DNA of 59,004 nucleotides, taken from positions 1 through 59,004 of the forward strand of contig DASWZK010000132.1 of the NCBI GenBank assembly GCA_036404515.1, read 5' to 3'. Position numbers and translations under genes: made by a program. Below are positions 1 to 7,063 of the stretch, piece after piece. This stretch comes from Candidatus Limnocylindrales bacterium (GTDB lineage: Bacteria > Chloroflexota > Limnocylindria > Limnocylindrales > CSP1-4). The stretch's first letter is position 1, and every line of letters begins with the position of its first letter. Under the pieces are notes generated by a model, which was not told the DNA's origin, made no database searches, and was given only the letters and a program-made list of their open reading frames with translations.

Positions 1-69
1 CAGCCTGCATAAGAGGCGGGATAGTCAGGTTGCTGACGGGTCCCGCTAGGTAGATCTGAAGGTCAGCCA
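1..69 (-). CDS. Partial ORF (5' end only, runs off the window), N-terminus MADLQIYLAGPVSNLTIPPLMQA
   Basis: ATG at 69..67 on the - strand, open to the window edge. The IYLAGP motif resembles N-termini of nucleoside 2-deoxyribosyltransferase-like/DUF4406 proteins, but only 23 codons are visible. Confidence 0.25.
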
Positions 70-220
70 TACGTCGCGCGAGTATAGTCCGGCGCACCTC
101 AGTTCGAGGGGCCTCAGCGACAGCCACCATGCACCTCAAACTGATGCACTAACGCTTTGCGGCCAACGACCAGGCTCGGAGCGGCCTCAGTCGCGCGCCG
201 CTCGACCGCCGGCACGTCCC

Positions 221-1036
221 TCACAGCTCTCTCTCCGTGACTGACTCGCCACCGGCGATCGCCTTCGGCGCCAGCTTCATCCGCACCCAGTCGCTGGCGA
301 TGCCTAACGCCTTGTGGCCCTCGCCGAGCTTCTCAAGCGCGTCGGACTTCGCCGGCTCGACCAAGTCGGCCACAAGCTCGGCCGTCCTTCGGGAGACGGC
401 GTCGGCGTCTGGCGGAAGGGCAGCTGGGACGCCGTCGAAGTCGGCCAGGCGGACCGCCATGTCCGCGATGATCTGTGTGTTCTTGAGCTGCTGCTCCCAG
501 GCTGCCACTAAGTCGGGGAAGAGGGCGGCGTGGCCATCGAGGTAGCGGCTCTCGACGATAGCGCGAGCTTCCTGCGCGGCTTGCAGCTCGCTGATCCGGA
601 AGGCGAGGAGATCACGATAGGTAGCGAAGCGCTCGGTGTACGTCGGGTCTCGTCTGCGCTCCACTCGACCCTCCGTCGTCAGCAGGGCGACGTGGGCTGA
701 CAGGGCTGCGTCGATCAGGGCCTCGCGATCCAGAAGCTCGTGTGCCATCACGTAGATCCGCAGCACGAGCTCGTAGCGAAAGAGGGTCTCTCGCAGAGCG
801 CTCCGGACCGCGGCTTCGACCAGCTCGGGCCGCTTGCCCCGCATGGCTGTCCGGGCTCCATGGGCTGTCTCCCGAGCCAGACGGTCGAGGGGTGCCACAG
901 GCGGGTCTTGCGCCAGCAGCGAGGCGACGTAGGACTCCACGTCGCCAAAGACATGAGCCTCCGCCAGCCAGCGTAGGACGAGCTGGGTGGGAGAGAGCGA
1001 TGCTTCGATGGCAGCCACCCGGCGCGAGAGGGTCAT
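221..1036 (-). CDS. Hypothetical protein (271 aa), predicted helical, no family recognised
   Basis: ORF track. Its ATG overlaps the stop of the upstream gene (ATGA at 1033-1036). Last gene of the coupled minus-strand operon. Confidence 0.7.
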   Translation of the reverse strand: MTLSRRVAAIEASLSPTQLVLRWLAEAHVFGDVESYVASLLAQDPPVAPLDRLARETAHGARTAMRGKRPELVEAAVRSALRETLFRYELVLRIYVMAHELLDREALIDAALSAHVALLTTEGRVERRRDPTYTERFATYRDLLAFRISELQAAQEARAIVESRYLDGHAALFPDLVAAWEQQLKNTQIIADMAVRLADFDGVPAALPPDADAVSRRTAELVADLVEPAKSDALEKLGEGHKALGIASDWVRMKLAPKAIAGGESVTEREL

Positions 1037-1455
1037 CCGAGGGCCTCCATCGGGAATGGAGTGTCCCCTTCGTCCGAGTGCCCCTGGCCAACCGCTGCCT
1101 CGAGAGCGACGAGGCGTTCCTCGAACTCTCCGACCTTGAGGAGGTTCATCGCAGCCACGGCGGTCGATATCAGCACCCTCAGGCGGGGGATGCCGTTGTC
1201 CAGACCAACGCCGTCGGTGACCACGATGTCGAGTAGCCGTCGGATACCCGCCACGCTGTCGATACCCGGCAGGTCGTAGGCGACTGCGATCGTGCCTTCC
1301 TTGCGCCGGCGCAGACCGCCAAGCTTGCGGGCCTCGGCCGCTTCGGCCGCGCGCTCGGGATCATGGGCGAAGCAGTAGAGCCGGTCGAGCTGCGGTCCGG
1401 CGCGACACTGCCGGCTATCGGGCATTACGAATACGCAGGTCCGCCGGGCTACCAT
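1033..1455 (-). CDS. Hypothetical protein (140 aa) with an N-terminal Cys/His cluster (C-x10-C-x12-C-x2-H, possible zinc ribbon)
   Basis: ORF track. N-terminus reads RRTCVFVMPDSRQCRAGPQLDRLYCFAHDP. ATGA overlap with the downstream gene. Confidence 0.65.
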   Translation of the reverse strand: MVARRTCVFVMPDSRQCRAGPQLDRLYCFAHDPERAAEAAEARKLGGLRRRKEGTIAVAYDLPGIDSVAGIRRLLDIVVTDGVGLDNGIPRLRVLISTAVAAMNLLKVGEFEERLVALEAAVGQGHSDEGDTPFPMEALG

Positions 1456-1485
1456 CGGGCTACCTTTGGTTGCTCAACGCCGGTT

Positions 1486-1503
1486 GCTAGCCCTGCTAGC
1501 CCT
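1486..1503. repeat. Perfect tandem 9-bp repeat GCTAGCCCT x2 (each copy holds the palindrome GCTAGC), 31-48 bp upstream of the 140-aa gene start
   Basis: Read directly: ggttGCTAGCCCTGCTAGCCCTgg. GGTTGCT also occurs twice (1469-1475, 1482-1488). Confidence 0.9.
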
Positions 1504-1540
1504 GGCCCCTTCGTCACGATCTCGCCATCGTGTCGCTCGA

Positions 1541-1921
1541 TCACAGCGGCGACCAGCCTTCCGCAGAGGCCGCTTTGAGAGCCTCCATGGCGATGTCGAT
1601 GCCCCGCACAAAGTCGGCGTCAGATAGGTTGAGCTCATCGAGGACCTTCGTGGTGACGCCCACCATGAGCTCCGCCTGGGCATAGGACATCTTGGCTTGG
1701 TCGGCCGGACTCAGGGGCGCCGGGGCCGGCCCGAGCCCACGGCTCGACTGCAGATAGCGAAAGGCCAGCTGATCGGTTTCGGGGTTCCTCGCCAGCCCGG
1801 GCAGATGAGCCAGGACTTCGTCGACGTGGTGGAGGAGTTCGGCCCGGGCATCGCGCCGCTCCCGGCCCACACGGGTGCTCGTGGCGCCGGACGGTGGCAC
1901 GTGGGCCGGGGTCCTAGCCAT
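1541..1921 (-). CDS. Hypothetical protein (126 aa from ATG 1921; the ORF could start at 1957)
   Basis: ORF track. ATG at 1921 overlaps the methyltransferase stop (TAG 1916..1914) by 8 nt. No family recognised. Confidence 0.6.
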   Translation of the reverse strand: MARTPAHVPPSGATSTRVGRERRDARAELLHHVDEVLAHLPGLARNPETDQLAFRYLQSSRGLGPAPAPLSPADQAKMSYAQAELMVGVTTKVLDELNLSDADFVRGIDIAMEALKAASAEGWSPL

Positions 1922-3155
1922 CGACCCGCTCCGCCTGCAGGCTGCTGAACCGCTCAAAGCGGGCCAAGATCACGTCGGCATAACGGGGGTCGAGCTCGAG
2001 AGCGGCGCAGCGCCGGCCGGTCCGCTCGCAGGCGATCAGAGTCGAGCCAGATCCGGCGAACAGGTCCAGAACGAGATCTCCAGGCTTCGAGCTGTTGGAG
2101 ATCGCGCATTCCATCAGGCCGAGTGGCTTCATCGTGGGGTGCAGCGGCGCATCCGCTGGCCGGTTGATCTCCCATACGTCGTCCTGGTCGCGGTCGCCGC
2201 ACCAGTGATGGGTCGCACCCTCTCGCCAGCCATACCAGATCGGCTCGTATGCCCGCTGGTAGTCGGCACGTCCGAGGACGAAGCGGTCCTTGTGCCAGAT
2301 GATCGTGTCGCTCCAGTGGCCGCCTTCCTCTGCGAGGACCCGCGACACGAGCGGCAGCTCCTTGCTGCTCATGCAGCAGTAGATCGCGCCATTCACCGAG
2401 GCCAGGAGCGGCTGGGCCCACGCCCGGACGAAGACTTCCCAGGCGATCGGGTCGAGGGAGTCGTTCGCGATCCTTCTCCGGCGGCTGCCTCGTGGCTGAC
2501 CTCCGTGGTCGCCGAGGCTGACGTTGTATGGCGGGTCGGTGAACGCCATAGCTACTTGGACGCCACCGAGCAACCGCTCGACGTCCGCGGGCTTGGTCGC
2601 ATCGCCGACCAGGAGCCGATGCTCACCAAGGGCCCACAGATCGCCGGCCTTGGATCGTGGAGCCCGAGTCGCCTCTTCGAGCTCTGCGTCGAGATCGAAG
2701 TTCTCGACCCGCTCGCGCTTCTCCCGGGTCTCTATGCTCCGGAGCAGGTCGCGCAGCTCGTCGTCGCCGAAACCGGAGAGAGTCAGGTCAACACCCGGGT
2801 TGGTCTGGAGATCGGCCAGCAGCCGCGCCAGTAGCTGCTCATCCCAGGAGCCACTGATCTTATTGAGGGCGAGATTGAGCAGACGCGCTTGCTCTATAGA
2901 TAGATCGAGGTATGTGACCGGTACCTTCTTCATGCCGAGCCGTCGGGCGGCGACCAGGCGCTGGTGGCCACCGATGACGACTCGGTCTTCTCTGCGGGCC
3001 AGGACGGGGGAGACGAACCCGAACTGGCGAATGCTCCGTTCGAGGGCGTCGAGTTCCTCCTCGGAGATCCGGCGAGGGTTGGCTGGATCTGGACGCAGGA
3101 GATCGATTGGGACTTCCTCGACGGACAGAGAGGGCAGGGGAGTGGTGAGCGTCAT
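1914..3155 (-). CDS. ParB/Srx-like nuclease domain fused to a beta-class N6-adenine/N4-cytosine DNA methyltransferase (orphan)
   Basis: N-terminus has LLRPDPANPRR...IGGHQRLVAARRLG (ParB-like). Motif IV is FTDPPYN, followed later by motif I DLFAGSGSTLIACERTGR (beta-class order). ATG at 3155 overlaps the primase stop (ATGA). No restriction gene is adjacent. Confidence 0.85.
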   Translation of the reverse strand: MTLTTPLPSLSVEEVPIDLLRPDPANPRRISEEELDALERSIRQFGFVSPVLARREDRVVIGGHQRLVAARRLGMKKVPVTYLDLSIEQARLLNLALNKISGSWDEQLLARLLADLQTNPGVDLTLSGFGDDELRDLLRSIETREKRERVENFDLDAELEEATRAPRSKAGDLWALGEHRLLVGDATKPADVERLLGGVQVAMAFTDPPYNVSLGDHGGQPRGSRRRRIANDSLDPIAWEVFVRAWAQPLLASVNGAIYCCMSSKELPLVSRVLAEEGGHWSDTIIWHKDRFVLGRADYQRAYEPIWYGWREGATHHWCGDRDQDDVWEINRPADAPLHPTMKPLGLMECAISNSSKPGDLVLDLFAGSGSTLIACERTGRRCAALELDPRYADVILARFERFSSLQAERVDG

Positions 3156-4921
3156 TGGACAACCTCGGTCGGAAAGCACACCTCGCAACGCCAGCCGAAG
3201 CCGTCGCGGAAGTGGTGCAGCTGGTGAGCTGAGAAGTCGGAACATCGAACGGAGTCAGCCGGGACCACCGAAGAACCGACCGCCGAACCTATAGGTTCGG
3301 TTCGGCGTTCGGCGGTTGGTTCCTCGCTCGTCGGTCCTGATCGCCGAACGACCGCCGAAGACGCTCCATCGGTGGTGTTCGTCGGTTCGGCGGTCGAGCC
3401 CGCCCCATATACATGCTTCTGGCGTCTGGCGCCGACGGAAACGCTGATCAGGAGGCCCGCTGCCTCGGCCTCGGCCACGTAGTTGGACGCTGTGTCCTTG
3501 GACACTCCGAGGGTCTGGCCCAGCTCGGCGAGAGTCATGCCCGGCTTGGCTTCGATAGCCGCGACGACTTCGGAAAGGGGGACCTTGGCGCCCTTGCCCG
3601 CGTCGGCGTCGGTCGGCTCGACGAGCAGCCCGTCGCGCTTTGTGACGATGATCCGGCGCTCCCGGCGGACCCTCTTGCGAACCGTCAGGCGGCAGCGTTC
3701 GAGGCTCTTGCCGTCGTTCTCCTGGAGCACGACCACATCGCACCAGCGACCCCATTCGCCCAGGACATCGGAGATGCGCCGATCGCCTCGTCCGGTCGGC
3801 TTGCGGCAGTGGACGACCAGTACGACCGAAAGAGCCGGATATGTCCCGATCATTGCTCGCAAGCCACCATAGACCTCCTGGATGGCCGCGCCCCAGGGAT
3901 CGACCTGGGTGGCGCCGGTGGCGGTGTCGACCACCATCGCTAGCGCTCGATGCTCAGTCAGCCACTCGGTGATCCAGGTCCGCCACTCGGGCACCGTGAG
4001 CGCCGGCTGGCCCCCGGCCGCGGTCATCAGCGGCAACCTGAAGTAACGATCGGTCAGAGACGTGCGCTCGAGTCCGAGTGAGCCCAGCACGGTCTGCTCG
4101 CGCAGGAAGTCGTCGTCGGAGTGCATCTCGGAGAGCACGAGTACCGGGCCGGTTTGGGCGACCGGCCAGGTTCCGGCGAACGAGCCGCCCGCGACGGCCA
4201 TGCGGATGGCGAGTTCGCCATCGACCGCGAACGACTTACCCGAGCCCTCCTCTGCGGCCCAGACGATGATCCGACCGGGCCGAATGAGATCCTCTACGTA
4301 CTCAATGTTGCCAAGGTCCGACAGCACGGCGACGCCGCGGTCCTCTGGCAACGGCCAGGTGTTGGCCGCCGCGGAGTCCGCCTTGGCGCGCGCCGGTATT
4401 GCCGCGTTGATGAGGGCCTCGGGGTCGCCACCTGCGGCGAGGTAGTCAACCGCGTCACCATGTTCAGGAGCGTCGGCCCAATCGATCCGCCGCACGTCGG
4501 CAGCGATGCCCGCGAGACCTGCCTCGATCCGCTCCATGTGGGCTCGACCGACCTCGTCGGCATCTGGCCAGAGCACGACGTAACGGCCCGTCAGCTCCGC
4601 CAGAGCCGCTCGGCCAGGAGTGGCGGCTGCGCCGGTGACTGTGCCGAGCGCGGGAATTCCGAAGTCCTGTAGGGCCGCCGCTGCCTTCTCGCCTTCGCAG
4701 ACGACGACGATCGCGCGACCGTCGAGGCGCTCGATCCCATACAGTGGAAGATCGGCGAGAGGCTGGCCTCCGAGCCCCTTTGCCCCGTCGGGCTGCTCCC
4801 ACCACATCTGCTTGCCATCACGGTTGTCCACACGGCAGTGGACGGCCACAAGGTCGCCTGTGGCGTCACGTATCTCGTACCGAGTGGTTCGGAAGGGCGA
4901 AGCGACGGGAGCCAGGGTCAT
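3152..4921 (-). CDS. Toprim-domain primase fused to a RecA-like AAA (RepA/DnaB-type) NTPase with a C-terminal wHTH; a mobile-element replication protein
   Basis: Toprim motifs VVCEGEKAAAAL and WPDADEVGR. Walker A AAEEGSGKS. HTH-like segment PGMTLAELGQTLGVSKDTASNY. Start set at ATG 4921 with GGGAG 11 nt upstream; the longer ORF to 5467 is rejected. Confidence 0.85.
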   Translation of the reverse strand: MTLAPVASPFRTTRYEIRDATGDLVAVHCRVDNRDGKQMWWEQPDGAKGLGGQPLADLPLYGIERLDGRAIVVVCEGEKAAAALQDFGIPALGTVTGAAATPGRAALAELTGRYVVLWPDADEVGRAHMERIEAGLAGIAADVRRIDWADAPEHGDAVDYLAAGGDPEALINAAIPARAKADSAAANTWPLPEDRGVAVLSDLGNIEYVEDLIRPGRIIVWAAEEGSGKSFAVDGELAIRMAVAGGSFAGTWPVAQTGPVLVLSEMHSDDDFLREQTVLGSLGLERTSLTDRYFRLPLMTAAGGQPALTVPEWRTWITEWLTEHRALAMVVDTATGATQVDPWGAAIQEVYGGLRAMIGTYPALSVVLVVHCRKPTGRGDRRISDVLGEWGRWCDVVVLQENDGKSLERCRLTVRKRVRRERRIIVTKRDGLLVEPTDADAGKGAKVPLSEVVAAIEAKPGMTLAELGQTLGVSKDTASNYVAEAEAAGLLISVSVGARRQKHVYGAGSTAEPTNTTDGASSAVVRRSGPTSEEPTAERRTEPIGSAVGSSVVPADSVRCSDFSAHQLHHFRDGFGWRCEVCFPTEVVQ

Positions 4922-4937
4922 GGCGTAGCCAGCTCCC

Positions 4938-4968
4938 GTGATCGCCGTCCGACCGGCAGCTCGATCAC
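4938..4968. repeat. Inverted repeat GTGATCG / CGATCAC with a 17-nt spacer, between the primase start and the comM stump
   Basis: Read directly at 4938-4944 and 4962-4968. Confidence 0.9.
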
Positions 4969-5460
4969 ACGGCGGACGGTGGTGTAGTTCCCCCATGAAC
5001 CCGTGCCCGTGCGGACACGCCGGCGAGGGCGACGGGCGATGCCATTGCCAGCCCGGCGTCGTTGCCAGGTATGCCGGCCGAATATCGGGCCCGCTTCGGG
5101 ACCGAATCGATCTGTGGGTGCACATGCCGCGGGTAGATCCGGCCGAGTACGTGAAATCGGCGGCGTCGGAGGGATCGGCCCTGGTGGCGGCCCGCATCGC
5201 CGCGTCCCGGCGGCGCCAGATGTGCCGGGGCGGTTGCCCCAACTCCAGGCTCAGCGGCCGTGCCCTTCGAACAGGCGCACGCAATTCGACTGGCCGAATT
5301 GGAAGGCTGGAGCGCGCGCGGCATCGAGAGGCTCCTGCGGGTGGCCCGGACGGCCGCCGATCTCGCAGGTTCCGACGCCGTTGACGGATCGCATCTCGAC
5401 GAAGCCGCGCGCTTCCGCTCTCCCTCGGGCTGGCGGATTGGATTCCAGGCGGTGAGCTGA
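4938..5460 (+). pseudogene. comM: comM/yifB (Mg-chelatase-like competence protein) 3' remnant, 5'-truncated and frameshifted
   Basis: One frame reads MNPCPCGH...RYAGRISGPLRDRIDLWVHMP (from 4995). The Mg_chelatase_C-like end WSARGIERLLRVARTAADLAGSD...HLDEAARFR lies in the +1 frame (5260-5460). The frame switch falls around 5245-5265. No AAA+ N-terminal part lies upstream. Confidence 0.8.
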
Positions 5461-5465
5461 GAGCC

Positions 5466-6893
5466 ATGCTCGGAGTGCAGAGTCATGGGCCGATCGCGTT
5501 GCGTTGCGTTGCTGAGAACGCACCGGCCCCGGCGGACGTCACCGCAGAGTTGGAGCGCGAGGCCTGGGTCGTGCTGCTCTCGGTCTCAGGCCTGGGGCCG
5601 GTCAGTTTCGGGGCCCTGCTGGCAGCTTTCGGGTCGGCCCGGGCAGTGCTGCGCGCCGCGACCGGGCCGACCGGGCCAACCCGGTTGCTGGAGGCCCTGG
5701 CCAATGCCGCAAGCGAACCGGATGACTGCGCGAACGGAGTCCTCTTCGATGCCTGTGTTAGGACTAAGGACGCTGGCGCCGCCGCGACGCAGGGCCCGAA
5801 TGCCGGCGCATCTCGTCGCCGACCGGCCATCGGTAACGACCTGGCTACGCGGATCTGCGACGCGGCGTCGAACGGCGGAAGAGCCGTCGAAGAGGTTCGG
5901 GCGCTAGGTCTGACCGTCGTGACGCTGGAAGAGCCGTCCTACCCGGACCGGCTACGCCGTGTCGAGTTGCCCCCACCGCTCCTGTTCGTTCGTGGCTCGG
6001 TCGAGGCTATGCGCGCGAAAGATGCCGTGGCCGTGGTGGGCACGCGCTGCCCAACCGACAAGGGTCGTCTGATCGCAGGCTGGATCGGCTCGGCAGTGGC
6101 CCGGACTGGGGCCGCGGTCGTCTCGGGCCTGGCAGTTGGCATCGACGGCGCCGCCCATGCCTCGGTTGTCGCCGAGGGTGGCAGAACCGTCGCCGTGCTT
6201 GGTGGCGGACACGCACGCCTCTTCCCGAAGGCGCACGAGCGCCTCGCGGAAGCGATCGTCGAAAGTGGCGGAGCGATCGTGTCCGAGTTCGCCCCCGAGA
6301 CGAGCCCGACTCGGGGGACGTTCCCGCGGCGCAACCGGCTCGTGAGCGGCCTGTCGGATGCGACGATCGTAGTGGAAGCCGGTCGTCGAAGCGGGGCGTT
6401 GATCACGGCCGGCTGGGCGCTTGAGCAGGGTAGGGAGTGTTTTCTCGTGCCAGGTGCGTTCGATTCGCCCGCAAGCGCGGGCTGTCATGCTTTCCTCAGG
6501 AACTTCCCGGGCCAGGCCCGTGTCGTTTCGGGCATCCCCGAGTTGATCGAGGATCTGGGGCTGGATCGTGGTTCCCATGCCGCGGCGGGCGCCCCGAACA
6601 CCGCGGCATTCGCGGGCGCGTCGCGTCCGAAGGGCTCCCCACCGGCCTTAGCGCCCCACGCCGGTCGGGCCGCAGTTCTGGCCTCGCTCGGGCCCGTCGA
6701 GCGCGCTCTCGCCGAAGAACTGGCAAGGGGTCCGGCGACCGCCGACCAGCTTGCCCTTCGTACTTCGCTGGCCGCGGCTGCCGTTCTGAGTGCCCTCACG
6801 CTGCTCGAGCTGAGGGGCCTGGCCGCCAGTGCATACGGTCGCTACTCGCCGTCGGGCTCCCTCGGAAGCTGGTCCGGGCCCGGTCGGGACTGA
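5466..6893 (+). CDS. dprA: DNA processing protein DprA (Smf)
   Basis: GLAVGIDGAAHASVV...FPRRNRLVSGLSDATIVVEAGRRSGALITAGWALEQGRECFLVPG. Starts 6 nt after the comM stump's stop. Confidence 0.9.
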   Translation: MLGVQSHGPIALRCVAENAPAPADVTAELEREAWVVLLSVSGLGPVSFGALLAAFGSARAVLRAATGPTGPTRLLEALANAASEPDDCANGVLFDACVRTKDAGAAATQGPNAGASRRRPAIGNDLATRICDAASNGGRAVEEVRALGLTVVTLEEPSYPDRLRRVELPPPLLFVRGSVEAMRAKDAVAVVGTRCPTDKGRLIAGWIGSAVARTGAAVVSGLAVGIDGAAHASVVAEGGRTVAVLGGGHARLFPKAHERLAEAIVESGGAIVSEFAPETSPTRGTFPRRNRLVSGLSDATIVVEAGRRSGALITAGWALEQGRECFLVPGAFDSPASAGCHAFLRNFPGQARVVSGIPELIEDLGLDRGSHAAAGAPNTAAFAGASRPKGSPPALAPHAGRAAVLASLGPVERALAEELARGPATADQLALRTSLAAAAVLSALTLLELRGLAASAYGRYSPSGSLGSWSGPGRD

Positions 6894-7063
6894 CCAGCCA
6901 GAGCAGTCCGACCCGTGGGAGACGACTGTGTAAACATCCTGGATCCTGCGACATGAGGGCTCCGCCGGGACGCGGAGGTCATTTGCCGGATTCTCCGGGG
7001 CGGTGTTACCCTCCCGAAAGCGACGCCAACCGGGACTGTGCTCCCGCCAGAGGAGACGACCCA

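Larger units (their letters stand above)
1..4937. mobile_element. Edge of an integrated mobile element (prophage/ICE-like replication plus DNA-modification module); continues left of the window. The inner boundary lies somewhere in 4922-4995.
   Basis: Contains a primase-helicase, a ParB-fused orphan methyltransferase and unplaceable small genes, all on the - strand. It abuts a 5'-truncated comM. No integrase is visible on this side. Confidence 0.6.

Noticed and set aside
4922-5467. N-terminal 182 codons of the 771-aa minus-strand ORF (3152..5467), which would extend the primase across the comM stump
   Set aside because: This stretch is R/P/A-rich with no primase similarity and lies antisense to recognisable ComM motifs. 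An internal ATG (4921) with a GGGAG SD-like site precedes the first conserved primase residues. The extension is treated as GC-driven open frame.
4965-5486. Several 150-170-aa ORFs in other frames or on the other strand across the comM stump (5003..5455 +, 4965..5486 -)
   Set aside because: Their translations are R/P/G-rich with no recognisable motifs. The ComM-like motifs in the two + frames explain the region better.
6437-7063. 5' extensions of ORF-track entries that overlap the preceding gene (6437-7063 before the CAP-domain gene; likewise 12415-12690, 13716-13928, 20691-20948, 25726-25815, 26784-27059, 39984-40100, 45986-46018, 46681-46860 and 48554-48634)
   Set aside because: The extensions overlap well-supported upstream genes in another frame, are low-complexity, and end at internal starts that either have SD-like sequences or form ATGA/GTGA overlaps just before the first conserved residues.
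6894-7063. Possible riboswitch (c-di-AMP/ydaO-like) upstream of the CAP-domain surface protein
   Set aside because: Only vague similarity (a CCCGAAAGC-like segment and G-rich runs). I could not recognise the paired pseudo-symmetric conserved cores. It needs a covariance-model search before any claim.
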